From Malacoraja senta (Eukaryota), in assembly GCA_038087875.1 (NCBI GenBank), contig CM075993.1:8930001-8994000 (forward strand): a DNA stretch of 64,000 bases. Direction: 5' to 3'. This document shows positions 26,262-39,659 of the stretch, piece by piece. Positions within the stretch are counted from its first letter, which is position 1. Each line of letters starts with the position of its first letter. A program made the translations under genes and the position numbers. The notes under the pieces were generated by a model. That model worked only from the letters and a program-made list of their open reading frames with translations, was not told the DNA's origin and did not search any database.

Positions 26262-26945
26262 TATATGGATATGGACTAGTCTGGATGTAGACACAAAGCC
26301 TTTGATAAGGTTCCACATGATGGTATAGATCGCTTTGGATGCACGGAGAGCCAGCTCACTAGATACATAATTGGCTTCATGGTAGAAAATGAGGTGGGTG
26401 GTGAGTTATTTTTCAGACTAATGGTGTGTCTCAGGGATCAGTGCTAAGCCCGTTGCTGTTTGTCACCTATATCAACAAATTTGCATGTGAATGTCCAAGG
26501 CATGATGGGTAAGTTTATGGATGACACCAAAATACATGGTATGGTAGACATGAAGATGGTTATTAAGAATTACAGCAGGGTCATAATCAGCTAGGCAAAT
26601 TGGCCAAGGAATAGTTAATGAAGTTTAATTCAAATAAGTGTGAGGTGTTAGATCTTGGGAAGTCGAACCAGGGCAGGACCTTCACAGTAAATGGTAGGAC
26701 CCTGGAGAGTGTTGTAGAGCAGAGAGGGATCTAGGAGTACAAGTAGATAATTCCATGAAAGTGGAGTCACAGGTAAATAGGGTGGTGGAGAAGACTTTCA
26801 CACAGCATATGTTGAGTATATGGAACAAGCAGCTAGCAGAAGTAGTTGAGCCAGGTACCATAACAACATTTAAAAGACATTTGGACAGGTACTATTCAGA
26901 TAGGAAAGATGTAGAAAGATATGGGTCAACACAAACAGATAGAAC
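26262..26945 (+). mobile_element. Older decayed CR1 RT fragment (starts before 25274; 3' UTR resumes at about 27960-28030)
   Basis: cctttgataaggttccacat, ggtgtgtctcagggatcagtgct, atggatgacaccaaaa; ORF 26755-26952. Confidence 0.75.
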
Positions 26946-27025
26946 TATATAACCATATAACCATATAACCATAACAGCACGGAAACAGGCCATCTCGGCC
27001 CTTCAAGTCCGTGCCGAACATTAAA

Positions 27026-27057
<32 letters not shown>

Positions 27058-27958
27058 TAAATTAAAACTAAAATACTTCCCCCTAGTCCCATCTACCTGC
27101 ACTCAGACCATAACCCTCCATTCCTTTCCCGTCCATATACCCATCCAATCTATTTTTAAAGGATAACATCGAACCTGCCTCCACCACTTCCACTGGAAGC
27201 TCATTCCACACAGCTACCACTCTCTGAGTAAAGAAGTTCCCCCTAAACTTCTGTCCCTTAATTCTCAAGTCATGTCCCCTTGTTTGAATCTTCCCTACTC
27301 TCAATGGGAAAAGCTTATCCACGTCCACTCTGTCTAACCCGCTCATAATTTTAAAGACCTCTATCAAGTCCCCTCTTAACCTTCTGCGCTCCAAAGAATA
27401 AAGACCTAACTTGTTCAACCTTTCTCTGTAACTTAGTTGCTGAAACCCAGGCAACATTCTAGTAAATCTCCTCTGTACTCTCTCTATTTTGTTGACATCC
27501 TTCCTATAATTAGGCGACCAAAATTGTACTCCATACTCCAGAATTGGCCTCACCAATGCCTTGTACAATTTTAACATTACATCCCAACTTCTATATTCAA
27601 TGCTCTGATTTATAAAGGCCAGCACACCAAAAGCTTTCTTTACCACCCTATCTACATGAGATTCCACCTTCAGGGAACTATGCACAGTTATTCCTAGATC
27701 CCTCTGTTCAACTGCATTCCTCAATTCGCTACCATTTACCGTGTACGTCCTATTTTGATTTGTCCTGCCGAGATGTAGCACCTCACATTTGTCAGCATTA
27801 AACTCCATCTGCCATCTTTCAGCCCACTCTTCCAAATGGCCTAAATCTCTCTGTAGACTTTGAAAATCTACTTCATTATCCACAACACCACCTATCTTAG
27901 TATCATCTGCATACTTACTAATCCAATTTTCCACACCTTCATCCAGATCATTGATGAT
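26946..27958 (-). mobile_element. Young 5'-truncated CR1 LINE (open RT C-terminus)
   Basis: ORF 27083-28036 open through KYADD ... AGRWD*; A-tract in 3' UTR; (TATGGTTA)n tail at 26946-26975. Confidence 0.93.
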
Positions 27959-28171
27959 CTGATGGGGAATATTGGTCAGCATGGACAAGTTGGGCCTCAG
28001 AGCCAGTTTCCTTGTTTCCTCTATGACCCTGTGCACTTTATGCCTGGTCTCTGCCCCAAATTCCTTCCAGATTAATTAAATAATAATTCATTAAAAATAA
28101 CCCGTTTTTACATTGATTGAGGAAGTATTAATTTACCTTGGAGTTAAATTAGTTTACATAAAATTGTTATA

Positions 28172-29843
28172 TAGTGCCCTCCATAATGTTTGGGACAAAG
28201 ACCCACCATTTCGTTATTTGCCTATGCACTCCACAATTTGAGATTTGTAATATAAAAAATCACGTGGTTAAAGTGCAGAGTCAGATTTTATTAAAGGGTA
28301 TTTTTATACATTTTGGTTTCACCTTGTAGAAATTACAGCTGTGATTATACATAGTTCCCCAATTTCAGGGCACCATAATGTTTGGGACACATGGCTTCAC
28401 AGGCATTTGTAATTACTCAGGTGTGTTTAATTGCCTCCTTAATGCATATATAAGAGAGCTCTCAGCACCTAGTCTTTCCTCCAGTCTTTCCATCACCTTT
28501 GGAAACTTTTATTGCTGTTTATCAACACGAGGACCAAAGTTGTGCCAATGAAAGTCAAAGAAGCCATTATGAGACTGAGAAACAAGAATAAAACTGTTAA
28601 AGACAGTTATTAGGCTTACCAAAATAAGAAGAAAGAGAGCACTGGTGAGCTTACTAATCGCAAAGGCCAAGTAAGACCTCCACAGCTGACTCTATAATTT
28701 AAAAAAAATCCCCCAAACACCTGTCCAACAGATCAGAAACACTCTTCAGGTGTGAATTTTTAAATGACCACTGTCTGCAGAAGACTTCATGAGACTACAC
28801 TGTAATAGTAATAAGTAATAGTAATTTTATTGTCAATTCACATAAAGTAACGAGTAGTTACACAGAGGATTGAAATTGCGTTTCTCCATACTCCAATGTG
28901 CAAGTAATATTTATAAAACAGACAGATGCAAACCACTGGTTAGCCACAAAAATAGGATGGCCAGGTTACAATTTGCCAATAATTATTTAAAAAGCAACCA
29001 CAGTTCTGGAAAAAGGTCTTGTGGACAGATGAGACAAAGATTAACTTATATCAGAGTGATGGTGAGAGCAAAGTATGGAGGAGAGAAGAACTGCCCAAGA
29101 TCCAAAACATACTACCTCATCTGTGAAACACAGTGGTGGGGGTGTTATGGACTGGGCTGAAGGTACTGGCTTACTTATCTTCATGGATGATACAACTGCT
29201 GATGGTAGTAGCATAATGAATTCTGAAGTGTATAGACACATCCTATCTGCTCAAGTTCAAACAAATGCCTCAAAACTCATTGGCCGGCGGTTCATTCTAC
29301 AACAAGACAATGATCCCAAACATACTGCTGAAGCAACAAAGGAGTTTTCCCAAGCTTAAAAATGGTCAATTCTTGAGTGGCCAAGTCAATCACGCAATCT
29401 GAACCCAATTGAGCATGCCTTTAATATGCTGAAGAGAAAACTGAAGGGGACTACCCCCCAAAACAGGCATAAGCTAAAGATGACCGCAATACAGGCCAGG
29501 TAGAGTATCACCAGAGAAGACTGGTGATGTCCATGAATCGCAGACTTCAAGCAGTCATTGCACGCAAAGGATATGCAACCAAATATTAAAGATAACTACT
29601 TTCATTGACAAGACTTTGTTGTGTCCCAAACATTATGGTGCCCTGAAATGGAGGAGACTATATAAACACTGCTGTAATTTCTACATGGTGAAACCAAAAT
29701 GTATAAAAATGGCCTTTCCTAAAATCTAACAATGTGCACTTTAACCACACGTGATTTTTTTCTATTACAAATCTCAAACTGTGGCGTACAGAGGCAAATA
29801 AATAAATGATGGGTCTTTGTCCCAAACATTATGGAGGATACTG
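28172..29843 (+). mobile_element. Tc1 transposon, IR/DR type, full length, transposase disrupted
   Basis: About 220-bp TIRs each with two ccataatgtttgggaca repeats; TA flanks; DDE motifs WTDETKINL, QQDNDPKHT, LNPIE in shifted frames; about 120-bp foreign insert at 28800-28920. Confidence 0.93.
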
Positions 29844-32789
29844 TAATTGCTTGGTAGGTTTTTTACTAATCGCAAAGGCCAAGTAAATTATTTCAGATAT
29901 TAACATTCATGATAGATGCGGGTTGAGTTAAGTTTCACTGTTTTCTGAAGGCATCAAATTGCTTTCTGTCTATTCACCCATAATTTGAATATACAACTGA
30001 TTTCCTTTTTTAGCCAGATGGAGGTTTGATCTATCTGAAAATCGGTCTTATTTTTAACTATAATCAGTTCCTAGCCCAAACTCCATGGGCTGGCACCTGC
30101 TCAGGCAGGACTTATTGTTTTACGAGACCACCATTACATCTGTTGAATATAATACACTGACAGAAGTCAACCATATTGGCCAGGCACATCCCTGAAATGT
30201 ACAAACCTACAAACAATTCATTATTGAATTGTTTGTAGGTATGGGTGACTACCAGTCCCTATAGAAAATACTGGTCTGGTTTCAACTGCGGTATTAGGCT
30301 CCATTCTGATGTTTTTTCTCATTAGCACAACCTGACCTGCCCGGAGTTCCTTTCGCAGTTATTTATTTTCATTGCTCTGTATATATAAATGTTTTTTTAA
30401 ATCATGATTAGAAGATATTTGCAGTGGTCTCCAGGTCAAATGACGCCATTCTGGAAATTTAACCAGGCATTTTTAGTGACAAAATATATTTGTACCATTG
30501 ATTCATTTTCAGCATCAGAAAAATATACATGCCCAAATGGTTCCAAAGTGTTTCATGTTATTATCTATACTCATCCCAGTTAGATTTCAATTGCACTGCC
30601 ATCTCTTTTTGAATTGGGCAATCCACACTCATCCCTTTTGGGTTTGCTAATATTGTCATCCTTCAACCCGCCCCCATTGGTACCAACCCCAATCTTTTAC
30701 ATGTCCCCCATCTTAGAAACTATCACCTCTTACTCAAACACCCGACCCAAGGCCCTAGTTATTTCATTTCCAGAACTTGATTACCAGACTCAACCTCTGA
30801 TCACTGATCTCAATTTAGTGACCACTTCACTCATCAGTTCTTTGTCTAACATAGTAACTAACTTCCTCTCATTTGGCAATCAGCATTGCCATTATCACCA
30901 ACCCTCTCAATCTCTGCCTCCTCTTTCTCTGATTTATCAAACCCCAAAACTGTAATTGCCTTGTAACTCGGTGACTGTCCTGACATCCCAGCTCCAAACA
31001 TCTACTTTACATTAGGCACAGTGAACAAATAAAATGTCTTACCCTGATAGAAATAGAACATGATGCCTTTGGCACTACTGAATTCTTAAGCAGTGGCACC
31101 AAAACCAAATTGGTCATGGCCAGGCCACATTTTAATGATTTCACCTGCTTTGGCTGGACCGATAAATTTCTAACTCGCTTTCTTTCAAAATGTCTTAATT
31201 GTGCTATGTTTTAATAGCATGCTGTGTTTCGTTAGCTGTGTGCATGCCACAATAGTAAACTTGATTGATTCATTCAATAGTCATTGCCTGTTGGGATTTG
31301 ATGCCGACGCTTCATTTCTGGTGTCTGTGTTTTTTTTGGCTTTTGGTTATTAGCACAACCATTGATTTTGTATTGGGTTTTTTTAGAACAACGTAAGTGC
31401 AATATATATAGATGTATTTCCTATGCATTTTTTGTTTAAAACAAATCAAATTCCAAGTATCCAGAAGACAAAAAAATGTACATTATAAATAATTTCCCAT
31501 TTGTACTTATTTCATTTTCATCCTAAATGAAACTAAAATTACCTTATTTAATTTCTGTTAACCTCTGCTTTAATGCAAAATTGGCGTTCTTGAATTTGCA
31601 GCATATCTAAACCAGACATTGTTTTCCTGTGAAATTATAGTATTTTGACTGTACTATTCTCTTGAAAGTTCCTTATTTTAATTTTTTGCGTATTTGTAAT
31701 TCTTTACATAAGATATAAATGAATTGAGTAAACAGTCTCTAAACGATCAAGCATTCATTATACTAGGATTATCAGCATTATAACAATTTAGAGACAATTT
31801 CTGACATATCTTAGAAGAAGCAACAGACCATGTAATTAGTATGCAACTATTAGAAACTGTAAAAAAATAACCACACAAATACAAAACCTAAGGAAACGCC
31901 CTCTACCCAATATTATGGAAGAGTTACTAATGTGCATATGGAATGCTCTGTGTGCTGGATGTTTAAGCTTTCAGTCTCAGCTGTGCAGACCTACTAAAAA
32001 GTAGTTTAGAGATTATGTTTTCTTATCAACATTCAACATGAATTACTATTGGTATCATGTTCAGACATTTTCTTAACTAAAAATGAGGTAATCCCTGTGG
32101 GATACTAATGTTTTCCAGTAACTGGTTTACAACAGCAATCAAAACACTCAGTAGTCAGTTTCTCACATAATATCAATTGTAACTGTATGGAAAAGAGGGA
32201 TTGGTTAATTACCAGACTGGTAACCCAGATGCCTGGACATGCAAACCAGCATTTTTAGTTCAAATCTTAACAAGGCAGCTGTGAAATTAAATTCATTAGA
32301 CATTCCGACTTTTCAAAACGAACAGCTAACCTTAATGATACCCTGAAACTATGGATTAGAGCAATTTGAATGGGCAGTGACGTTGCTCCTATCCCAAGGA
32401 ATGAAGAAATAAGAAGTCCCAGACGAAAGAAGTAAAGTAAATAAGAATAACTGGCATCAGTAAACCCTTCATTTTGCCAGTAATTCATCCACTTTTTATG
32501 GCAGTGCATTCCACATGCCTGAAATCCAAAGTGTGGCATTCCATTTGCTATGAAGCCATTAATTTTAACTCAAGTGAGCAGTGTTGCCAATTTTGCAATC
32601 TCCTAAAGGAGTTCAACATATTCAAATATTGGAAGAGAATTGTAGCATTCGATTGATGCAATAATACCCCTTTTTTATTTCTACACAATTTAGTTTCACC
32701 TTCATTATAGGCATATTAAGGTCATTAAGTTTGCAGTAACATTTTTACTAATGCACAGTAAAGCTGTGGAATCCATACTTTTGTATGTA

Positions 32790-33060
32790 GACACATGAGA
32801 TTGCACATTATGAAATCTGGAGCAAAAAGAAAATTGCTTGAGAACTCAGTGGGTCGAGCAGCACCTGTGGAGGGAAAGGAATTGTTGATGTTTTGGGTCA
32901 ACACCCTGCATCAGGATTGAGAGTGGAGAGGGAAGATAGCCAGTATAAAGAGGAGAGGGAGAGATATGTGACAATAGCCAGTAGATGATAGGTGGACAGC
33001 AGCGAGGTTAAGGATCATGGGCAGATGGAACCAGGTGAGGGAGGAGTGGAGTTGGGTGCC
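32790..33060 (-). mobile_element. Old Penelope pLTR with decayed hammerhead
   Basis: Minus strand ctgatgcagggtgttgacccaaaacatc at about 32886-32914. Confidence 0.55.
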
Positions 33061-34949
33061 AGAGGCAGGTGGAAGGGGATAAGATGAAGGTGATGATGGC
33101 TGCTGGAGGGTGCAGGTACACAAAGGCTGCCAGAGCTACCAGATTTGCCTTACTGACAGCTATGATGATTAGAAGAGCAAATCACGGGGACAAATATGTT
33201 TATTGTTTGTGTTAAGGTAGTTTGAACTGTTTTACAAGCTCTGCGATGACTGACACAATGTTAGGGAATGTTTTTCTAATTTCCAAAATCAGTCACTGTT
33301 GTCAAGAAGATTTTATATCCTGACACATTTTATCAGTGCTCAATACTCACAATGATTTTTTGAACACACATCGGAAACAATATCTTTATAACTATATTAT
33401 AATTAATATCTTATAACCCATTGGCTAAGATTGACCATTTATGCATTGTCAAAGCTGTAGCGTTTACTTGTAATGTGGATTAACTTCAATTAGAGGGGCA
33501 TTAACTAATGAAGTCATAATCCATAAGGAAAAATGGGTCATGCATCGATTGCCTTGGATTTTGAATTCTTTCATATGGCAGAAACACAGAACATTGAGCT
33601 AGGGACTGAACTATGTTTATTTTGAACGGACTAGCTATTAGAGTCTTAAGACAGCACAGTTTTTCAACTATATCTTCAATAGAAAGTAATGGTAGTTTCT
33701 CAATTAGATATAATAAGAAATTGCAGTTTTCCCGTAAGTAGTGAAGCACTGACAGCTGTCTTTGATGATGTCTGTGCAGAAAAAGATAATGAATTCTGTT
33801 TGGTATGGCTTTTCCATTTCTGACATCAGTAGCTTCAGATGACAGTTCTATATTGCCATGTCCCCAATTTCTGAAGATTGTACGGGTGAAAATCGCAAAA
33901 TAATCTACCCAATGGTGGAACAGAAAATCACTGACAACAATTTATGGATTTCAGTTTTTAACCCTGCATCTCTGTATTCCAAAATTTGGTGTCAATCTAT
34001 TGGTATAATGTCAGCAAATGCGAACATATTTGCTACGAAATATGGCGCAGTCTGGGATATTGTTTAATTGTTCAATTTAGTTTTTGTTGAAATAGTCATT
34101 TTACTTTTGTTCATAGATCAGTTAAAAACTTTGATGTTCAACAAATTTACATAAGCTCTGCACTCAAATTGAAGAAAGAGCACCTCTTATACAGCAGTTA
34201 AAAGTAACTATTTTAATTAACATTAACTGCTAATCCATATTTCTGTTACCAAGACAATCCTGATTTATTAGATGTAATTGCCTCAAGGAAAACAAACCCA
34301 GCCTGTCCAGTCTCTCCACATAAGTGAATCGCCCCATCCCTGAGAGTATCATGGCATATCTCTAATATACCCTTTCCAGATCACATTATTTTTACAGGGT
34401 GACGACCAGAACTATAAGTAAAGTTCGTGAGCATTAGTGACTTGACCGATTCTGCCATATTTAAATCATCTTCTCTTCACAAGAGGTTGTGGATTTCCCC
34501 ACACAGCCGCTATGATAAATTACTTGAGCACTAAGATAGTTTGTGAATTAATTAGATGGCAACTATCAAATCTCCAATATCTACCAAAGCATTTCACAGC
34601 ACTGAAATATAACTTTTTAACCACAAACCCATGTGAGCACATCTCACATTACAAATCCAACACATTAAAAAATAACTTTTACATTTTATATGTGGAAAAA
34701 TGGTCAAAATGAACATGACCCATTTACACACTCACACTTAAAAATAACCACATTAGTTTGCAAAGTGAAAAAAAATCTAAGCAAAATGTAGCAATATACA
34801 GATTGGGATCTTTATGATGTACCTTATTAACAATATTTATATTACCCATTCTTCATGAATCCAACCTTGAAAGTAGGTTTGGGGTATTTGCCTATAGAAT
34901 CTAAAACCCATATGCAATTGTTACTTGTTTTCATTTTCTTGGGTAGCAG

Positions 34950-35455
34950 ATCATAGAGCATAGAAACAGGCCCTTCTGCCCAATTTGCCCATGCCGACCA
35001 AGATGCCCTATCTATACTGGTCCCACATGGCTGTGTTTGGTCCGTATACCTCTAAACCTTTCCTATCCAAGTACCTGTCCAAATATCTTTTATATGTTGT
35101 TATAATACCTGCCACAACTACCTCCTCTGGCAGCTTGTTCCATATTCTCACAACCCTCTGTCTGAAAAAGTTTCCCCTCCGTTTCCTATGAGGTCTTTTC
35201 CCTCTCACCTTAAATTTATATCCTCTGATTCTTGATTCCCCTACTCTGGGTAAAGGAATTTTTGCATCTACCCAATATATTTCCCCTCATGATCTTAGAC
35301 ACCTCTATAAGATCACCCCTCAGCCTCCAGCACTGCAAGGAATAAAGCCTTAGCCTGCCCAATCTCTCCCTATTGCTCAGTTCTTCATGTCCTGGCAACA
35401 TCCTCGCAAATCTTTTCAGCACATTTTTCCTATAACAGGTTGACCAAAACTCAAC
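34950..35455 (-). mobile_element. Decayed CR1 3' fragment
   Basis: ORFs 35008-35208 (FFRQRVVRIWNKLPEEVV) and 35216-35422 (RLRGDLIEV). Confidence 0.88.
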
Positions 35456-36687
35456 ACATTAAAATAAAATAGGTCATAAAATAAAAATGGCCAAACTATG
35501 TCATTTTCTTTGATAGAGTGTGTGCATGTCACTCCAAACATACTCCTCTGGAGGCAATAAGCATGTTCACAAAAATTGTTGTACGTAATACAAGATGCTT
35601 TCTGTAAATTGTAGAGAATTATTAGACATGATAAATATATGCAATTGGCTCCATTTAGTAAAACATACATCTGGTGGATGCTACTGCAAATCTCAGTTTT
35701 GTATGTTGTTTTAACTTTGCTAATGGAATTAATTATTGTGTTGTAGTAATTTTAAAGGATTTATAGATGGCAAATCAATGTGTATATATACTTTCTCTGT
35801 GCTTGCTGATCTACATGAACATCTTTTAATTGGGAATTAATTTTTAATTTTTAACATTGTTCGTGAAACCCTTTTCCCGAATTTGTTCTAGCCATCTAAC
35901 CGCCCCCCACCCCCCCACCCCCAATGCTGCTGTAATTCAAACCTCTTGCACATTCATAAATTTGACTGTAACACTACTGGCAGTCATGTCTTCTTCAGCT
36001 AAGGTCCAAAGGTCTAGAATTTCCTCTCTTCGCTGTTTCTCTACTTTATCCATCTTTAGAAAGCCGTTTAAAGGCTCTCTGTCAATAAGATTTTGGTCAT
36101 CAGCCCTAATGCCTGCTTAGTGCAGTCTTAGTTTTTGTTGGATAGAGTCCTGTGAAGGACTTGCAGATGCTCTTGCTATATTGCAGGCACTAGATAAATT
36201 AAAGTAATATTTGAACAATTCAAGGGATGTGAACATATTTGACAGTACTAGCATTTATTGCCTATCCCTAATTTCCTCTAAAATGAGGAAGAAATTAAAA
36301 ATCAGCAGATTAGGAAACCAGCTACGATTTTTTGACAATGTAGTAGATTCATTCTTACCATTGGTCAGACAAGCTTTTTCTTAATTTCAGATTTATTTAT
36401 TTCCTTGAATTTAATTTCACCACCTGCTATAGTGTGATTGAAACTTGTATCTCTGGAACAGTAATCGAGAAATTTGACTATTAATCTATCACTAACATAT
36501 CATTTTGCTGCATTTCCATGGCTCATGGATATGACGTGGACAATAACATAATGGTTAAGATACCATGCCAGAATCACAGAATTGTTGCAGCATGGAAAGA
36601 GATCCTTTTTCCATCATCCCTTATAAGCAGTTTGTGCTAGGTCTTAACTATTCATATAAACAAATTATTTAATCATCAGTACATTTT

Positions 36688-38630
36688 TAGAGTCATAGAG
36701 TGATAGTGTGGAAACAGGCCCTTCGGCCCAACTTGCCCACACCAGCGAACATGTCCCAGCTACACTAGTCCCACCTACCTGCGCTTGGTCCATACCCCTC
36801 CAAATCTGTCCTATCCATGTACCTGTCTAACTGTTTCTTCAAAGTTGGAATAGTCCCAGCCTCAACTACCTCATCTGGCAGCTTGTTCCATGCACCCACC
36901 ACCCTTTGTGTGAAAAAGTTACCCCTCAGATTCAATAGACAATAGGTGCAGGAATAGGCCATTCAGCCCTTCGAGCCAGCACCGCCATTCAATGTGATCA
37001 TGGCTGATCATCCCCAATCAATACCCCGTTCCTGCCTTCTCCCCATATCCCTTGACTCAGCTATTTTTAAGAGCCCTATCTAGCTCTCTCTTGAAAGCAT
37101 CCAGAGAACCTGCCTCCACCGCCCTCTAAGGCAGAGAATTCCACAGACTCACCACTCTCTGTGAGAAAAAGATTTAATTCCTATTAAATATTTTCCCCTT
37201 CACCTTGAACCTATGTCCTCTGGTCCTCGATTCCCCTACTCTGGGCAAGAAACTCTTTGCACCTACCCGATCTATTCCTCTCATGATTTTGTACCTCCAT
37301 AAGATCACCCCACATCCTCCTGCGCTCCAAGGAATAGAGACCCAGCCTACTCAACCTCTCCCTATATCTCACACCCTCTAGTCCAGGCAACATGCTCGTA
37401 AATATTCTCTGAACCGTTTCAAGCTTAACAATATCTTTCCTATAACATGGTGCCCAGAACTGAACACAATATTCTAAATGCAGTCTCACCAACGTCTTAT
37501 ACAAGCAACATGACCTCCCAACGTCTATACTCTGACTGCTGAAGGCCAACGTGCCAAAGCCTTCTTGACCATCTTATCTACCTGCGATTTGACCTTCATG
37601 GAACCACACACCTACACTCCTAGATCCCTCTGCTCTACAACACTCCCCAGAGGCCTACCATTCAGTGTCCTGCCCTTGTTAGACGCCCCAAAATGCAACA
37701 CTTCTCTGGATTAAATTTCATCAACCATTTCTCAGCCCACCTGGCCAATCGATCCAGATCCAGCTGCAATCTTTCACAACCATCTTCACTATCTGCAAAA
37801 CCACCCACTTTTGTATCATCAGCAAAGTTGCTAATCATGCCCTGTATGTTCTCATCCAAAAGCATTGATGTAGGTGACAAACAGTAACGGGCCCAGCACC
37901 GAACCCTGAGGCACACCACTAGTCACAGGCCTACAGTCCGAGAAGCAGCCTTCCACCACCACCCTCTGCTTCCTTCCATCACCACCCTCTGCTTCCTTCC
38001 ATGGAGCCAATTGGCTATCCATTCAGCTATCTCTCCTTGGATCCCATGCAATCTAACCTTCCAGAGCAGCCTACCATGCGGAACCTTGTTATATGCCTTA
38101 CTTAAATCCACGTGTACAACATCTACAGCTCTGCCCTCATCTACCTTTTTGGTCACGTCTTCAAAATTCTCAATCAGATTTGTACGATACGGCCTCCCTC
38201 GTACAAAACCATGCTGACTATCCCTAATCAGCTCTTGCCCGTCCAAATGCCAGTATAACTTATCCCTCAGAATACTCTCTAGTAACTTTCCAACTACAGA
38301 TGTTAAGCTCACCGGCCTATAGTTCCCAGCATTTTCCCTGCAGCCCTTCTTGAAAAGAGGCACAACATTTGCCACCCTCCAGTCTTCCGACACCTTGCTT
38401 GGATTTAAAGTCGACTCGTAAATTTCAACCAGGGCTCCTGCAATTTCCTGTCTAGTTTCCCCCAATGTCCTTGAATATGATCAGGCCCTAGAGATTTGTC
38501 TACCTTCATACACGACGGTACCTTCAGTACTTCTTTGACTGTAACACTGACTGCTCTCAAGACACTTCCAATGACTACCCCACATTCCTCCGTCCTACTG
38601 TCTTGCCCCTCAGTAAATACAATTTTTCTC
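36688..38630 (-). mobile_element. CR1 LINE RT region, decayed, with a nested 3' end of a second CR1 subfamily at 36933-37170
   Basis: ORFs 37923-38465 (NYRPVSLTS, QHGF), 37662-37919 (FADD), 37211-37549 and 36765-36962; nested piece carries the (CTATTGT)n tail of the 1-1957 family. Confidence 0.92.
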
Positions 38631-39659
38631 AAAATTTAAAATGTGCACCAAAATCCTTGAAAATACTAATAGAAACATCTTAAATACTTATAGTATTTAA
38701 ATTATTGATGATTTTGTACACGTTTAATACATTTCCTCTTAACCTTCTTTGCACCATGGAGACAAAGCCTGTTTTCCCAATCTAACCGTATAGCTGAAAT
38801 CCTCATCCCAGGAATACGTTTATTTAACAAGAGAAGAGTTTTAGTAATATAGATAATCCACACCTCTCTGTTCCTGCACATTTTTAAGGATTGTGCCGTT
38901 TAGTTAATATCGCTTCTATTCCTTCTACCAAAGTGTAACACTTCACATTTCTCTGTATTAAATTTCTATAATTTTTGTGCCCATTTGTGCCAATTTATTT
39001 GTCAGTCTGTTTTATAGTATTACAATCTGTTACAATTCTCCTCACTGTTTACCACAATTCCAAACTTTATATCATTTATAAATTCAGAAATTGTACTCTG
39101 CATACCAATGTCTAAGCCTGAATATATACTTTAATAAAGTAGTGAGCCAATACTGACCCCTGGGAAACACTACCATCTTTCATTGTTTATTTTTTTAAAC
39201 AATCCTCTAGCTATTCTATACTTTCTGCAACCCTCACCAATGCCCCTAGAGTAACTCAGCAGGTCAGGCAGCATCTGTGGATGGAGACAGTAATACGACA
39301 ACATTTCACATCAGGATCTTTAACAAGCATCTGCGGTTTCTTGTGTCTCCCCCGTAGAGATTATCTTCTGACAATATTTCCTTATATTTACTGCTGATCC
39401 TCATTATTTTCCCAGCTCTGCATTCCCCCATTATTGGCACTTTTTCTAGCTGAGGATTACTTACTTACACTTGTATCCTCTTGTATTTCCTATACTTGTA
39501 TGCCTTTCTCTTTGTATTTCTGGCTTTGCTGTGTTGAGATTTTGCCATTTTACTCATACCATCAAACGTTTCCCTTTTCTTTCAGTACCATTCCTCAATA
39601 TTTTTTTAAGCATGCTGCCTAATCCCTTCAACTTCCAATCCACTGAATATTGATGCCTG

